From positions 1 to 64,000 of the forward strand of contig JALMLS010000446.1 in the NCBI GenBank assembly GCA_038496445.1: a stretch of DNA of 64,000 nucleotides, given 5' to 3'. Made by a program: the position numbers and the translations under genes. Positions 62,964-64,000 of the stretch are shown here, piece after piece (the stretch's first letter is position 1; each line of letters opens with the position of its first letter). Source of the stretch: Trichosphaerium sp. ATCC 40318. Lineage: Eukaryota > Protista > Tubulinea. The notes beneath the pieces were generated by a model that saw nothing but the letters and a program-made list of their open reading frames with translations, was not told the origin of the DNA and did not search any database.

Positions 62964-64000
62964 TTAATTGTAGTACAAACCATGTCTTATGGTAGTAGTC
63001 ACGTTTGCAATTGTGTTCGCAATGCCTGACTTTAAATTGATTGACGCAAGTGTAGCTGCTCCTTTGCAGTTTTGAGAATCACAACATACAGTGTAGTAAG
63101 AAGAACTATCAATCGCTCCAGCCAAAGATGTTAATCCGCAAAAACTAAATTGGGGGAAAAAAATGAACACGGTTGTCACGTGATATTAGGAAATAATAAG
63201 TACCCCGAGAATGAAGATCCTAAGAGTGACATTTCGCTTGATGTCGTATTGAATGTAAGTAATTGATTTGTTCCAATAGGTGCACGTGAGTTCAACCCTA
63301 AAATTCAATGTCAAAAATACTGTTCTTTCTTGCCGTTGAAACTGCTGTTGGTACCAATAATAACTCCTCCGTCCGTAGAAGCTAGACCTGCCCATCCATA
63401 CTTAACAGGTGAAAACGTAGCAGATGCACTCTCTACATCACGTGAGTGTTAGAAACTAGCACTTGAAGAAAATAAGATAAAAGACCGTACTAATATCGAA
63501 TCTAGCTAGCTCCCAAGATCCTTCAATATCGCTCACAACCATGTAAATGGATTCAGTAGCTTGAGAATACGTTGAAGATAAAAATTGATTCTTCTCGGTG
63601 CTCGCATTGCCCAGAAAATAAGGTGCTAGTGCCGTAGTCAATATCCCCAAAGAGATTGCTCAAAGTAGTACCTCCTGTCATTCCACTCACAGAGTAAAAC
63701 CGGTAAGAATTACGCCAAGGTTGGTTTCTATCATATACATTTAGAACAAAGGAAAACATGTTCGACGAAACACGCACGTGTACAATTGTTGTATGACGAT
63801 AATTTTTGAACTTGCTTCACTGTAGTGAACAGCAATGGTATGTTGAAACGTGCCAGCTAAAGGCACCGTTTTAATTGACCCAGATCTCAAATCCACTGTA
63901 GCCTGTAAGGCTGTTAGTTGTAAAAGCAGCCAATAAATGAACTCACCAGTACAGATGCATTAGAGGGAAGTTCAAGGATGCAAAACGCGGCTAGAAATCT
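62964..64000 (-). CDS. 3' part of a spliced hypothetical protein (beta-rich, probably extracellular)
   Basis: ORFs 63553-63777, 63456-63650 and 62964-63179 are linked by GT-AG introns and end ...HGLYYN*. Confidence 0.5.

Noticed and set aside
1-64000. Stop-codon reassignment suggested by fragmented ORFs and the UUA tRNA
   Set aside because: Fragmentation is explained by spliceosomal introns. Conserved genes (GlyRS, S10, M28, anoctamin) have no internal stops once spliced and end in TAA.

Overview
Compact, AT-rich, intron-dense nuclear DNA from an unidentified unicellular eukaryote (protist). It holds about 30 spliced genes with mostly 40-90 nt introns. Donors are GTAC/GTAA/GTGC, several are GC, AAG acceptors are frequent, and branch points resemble CTAAC. 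The genetic code is standard, and TAA, TAG and TGA all end genes. The supplied ORF track mostly shows exon fragments, so gene models were rebuilt by eye and their boundaries are approximate. Recognisable genes are a RING protein, YeiH-type transporter, Gfo/Idh/MocA oxidoreductase, ELO elongase, glycyl-tRNA synthetase, DOMON membrane protein, DCAF15, an LPMO, a SIT-L silicon-transporter-like protein, an NMT1/SsuA-like-methyltransferase fusion, anoctamin, MORN-repeat and Kelch proteins, COMMD, Njmu-R1, M28 aminopeptidase, NADAR, a C2 protein, a PB1-TPR-UBA protein and an S10 carboxypeptidase. The most notable observations are: (1) a tRNA-like gene with a UUA (ochre-reading) anticodon, flanked by a 9-bp direct repeat, inside an intron; (2) a TATA-preceded, ~305-nt highly structured intergenic RNA candidate with a telomerase-RNA-like layout; (3) a second multibranch structured element upstream of the PB1 gene; (4) the SIT-L gene; (5) strong enrichment of TCACGTGA in introns; (6) a 100-bp DCAF15 exon copy that has gained AATAAA behind another gene.
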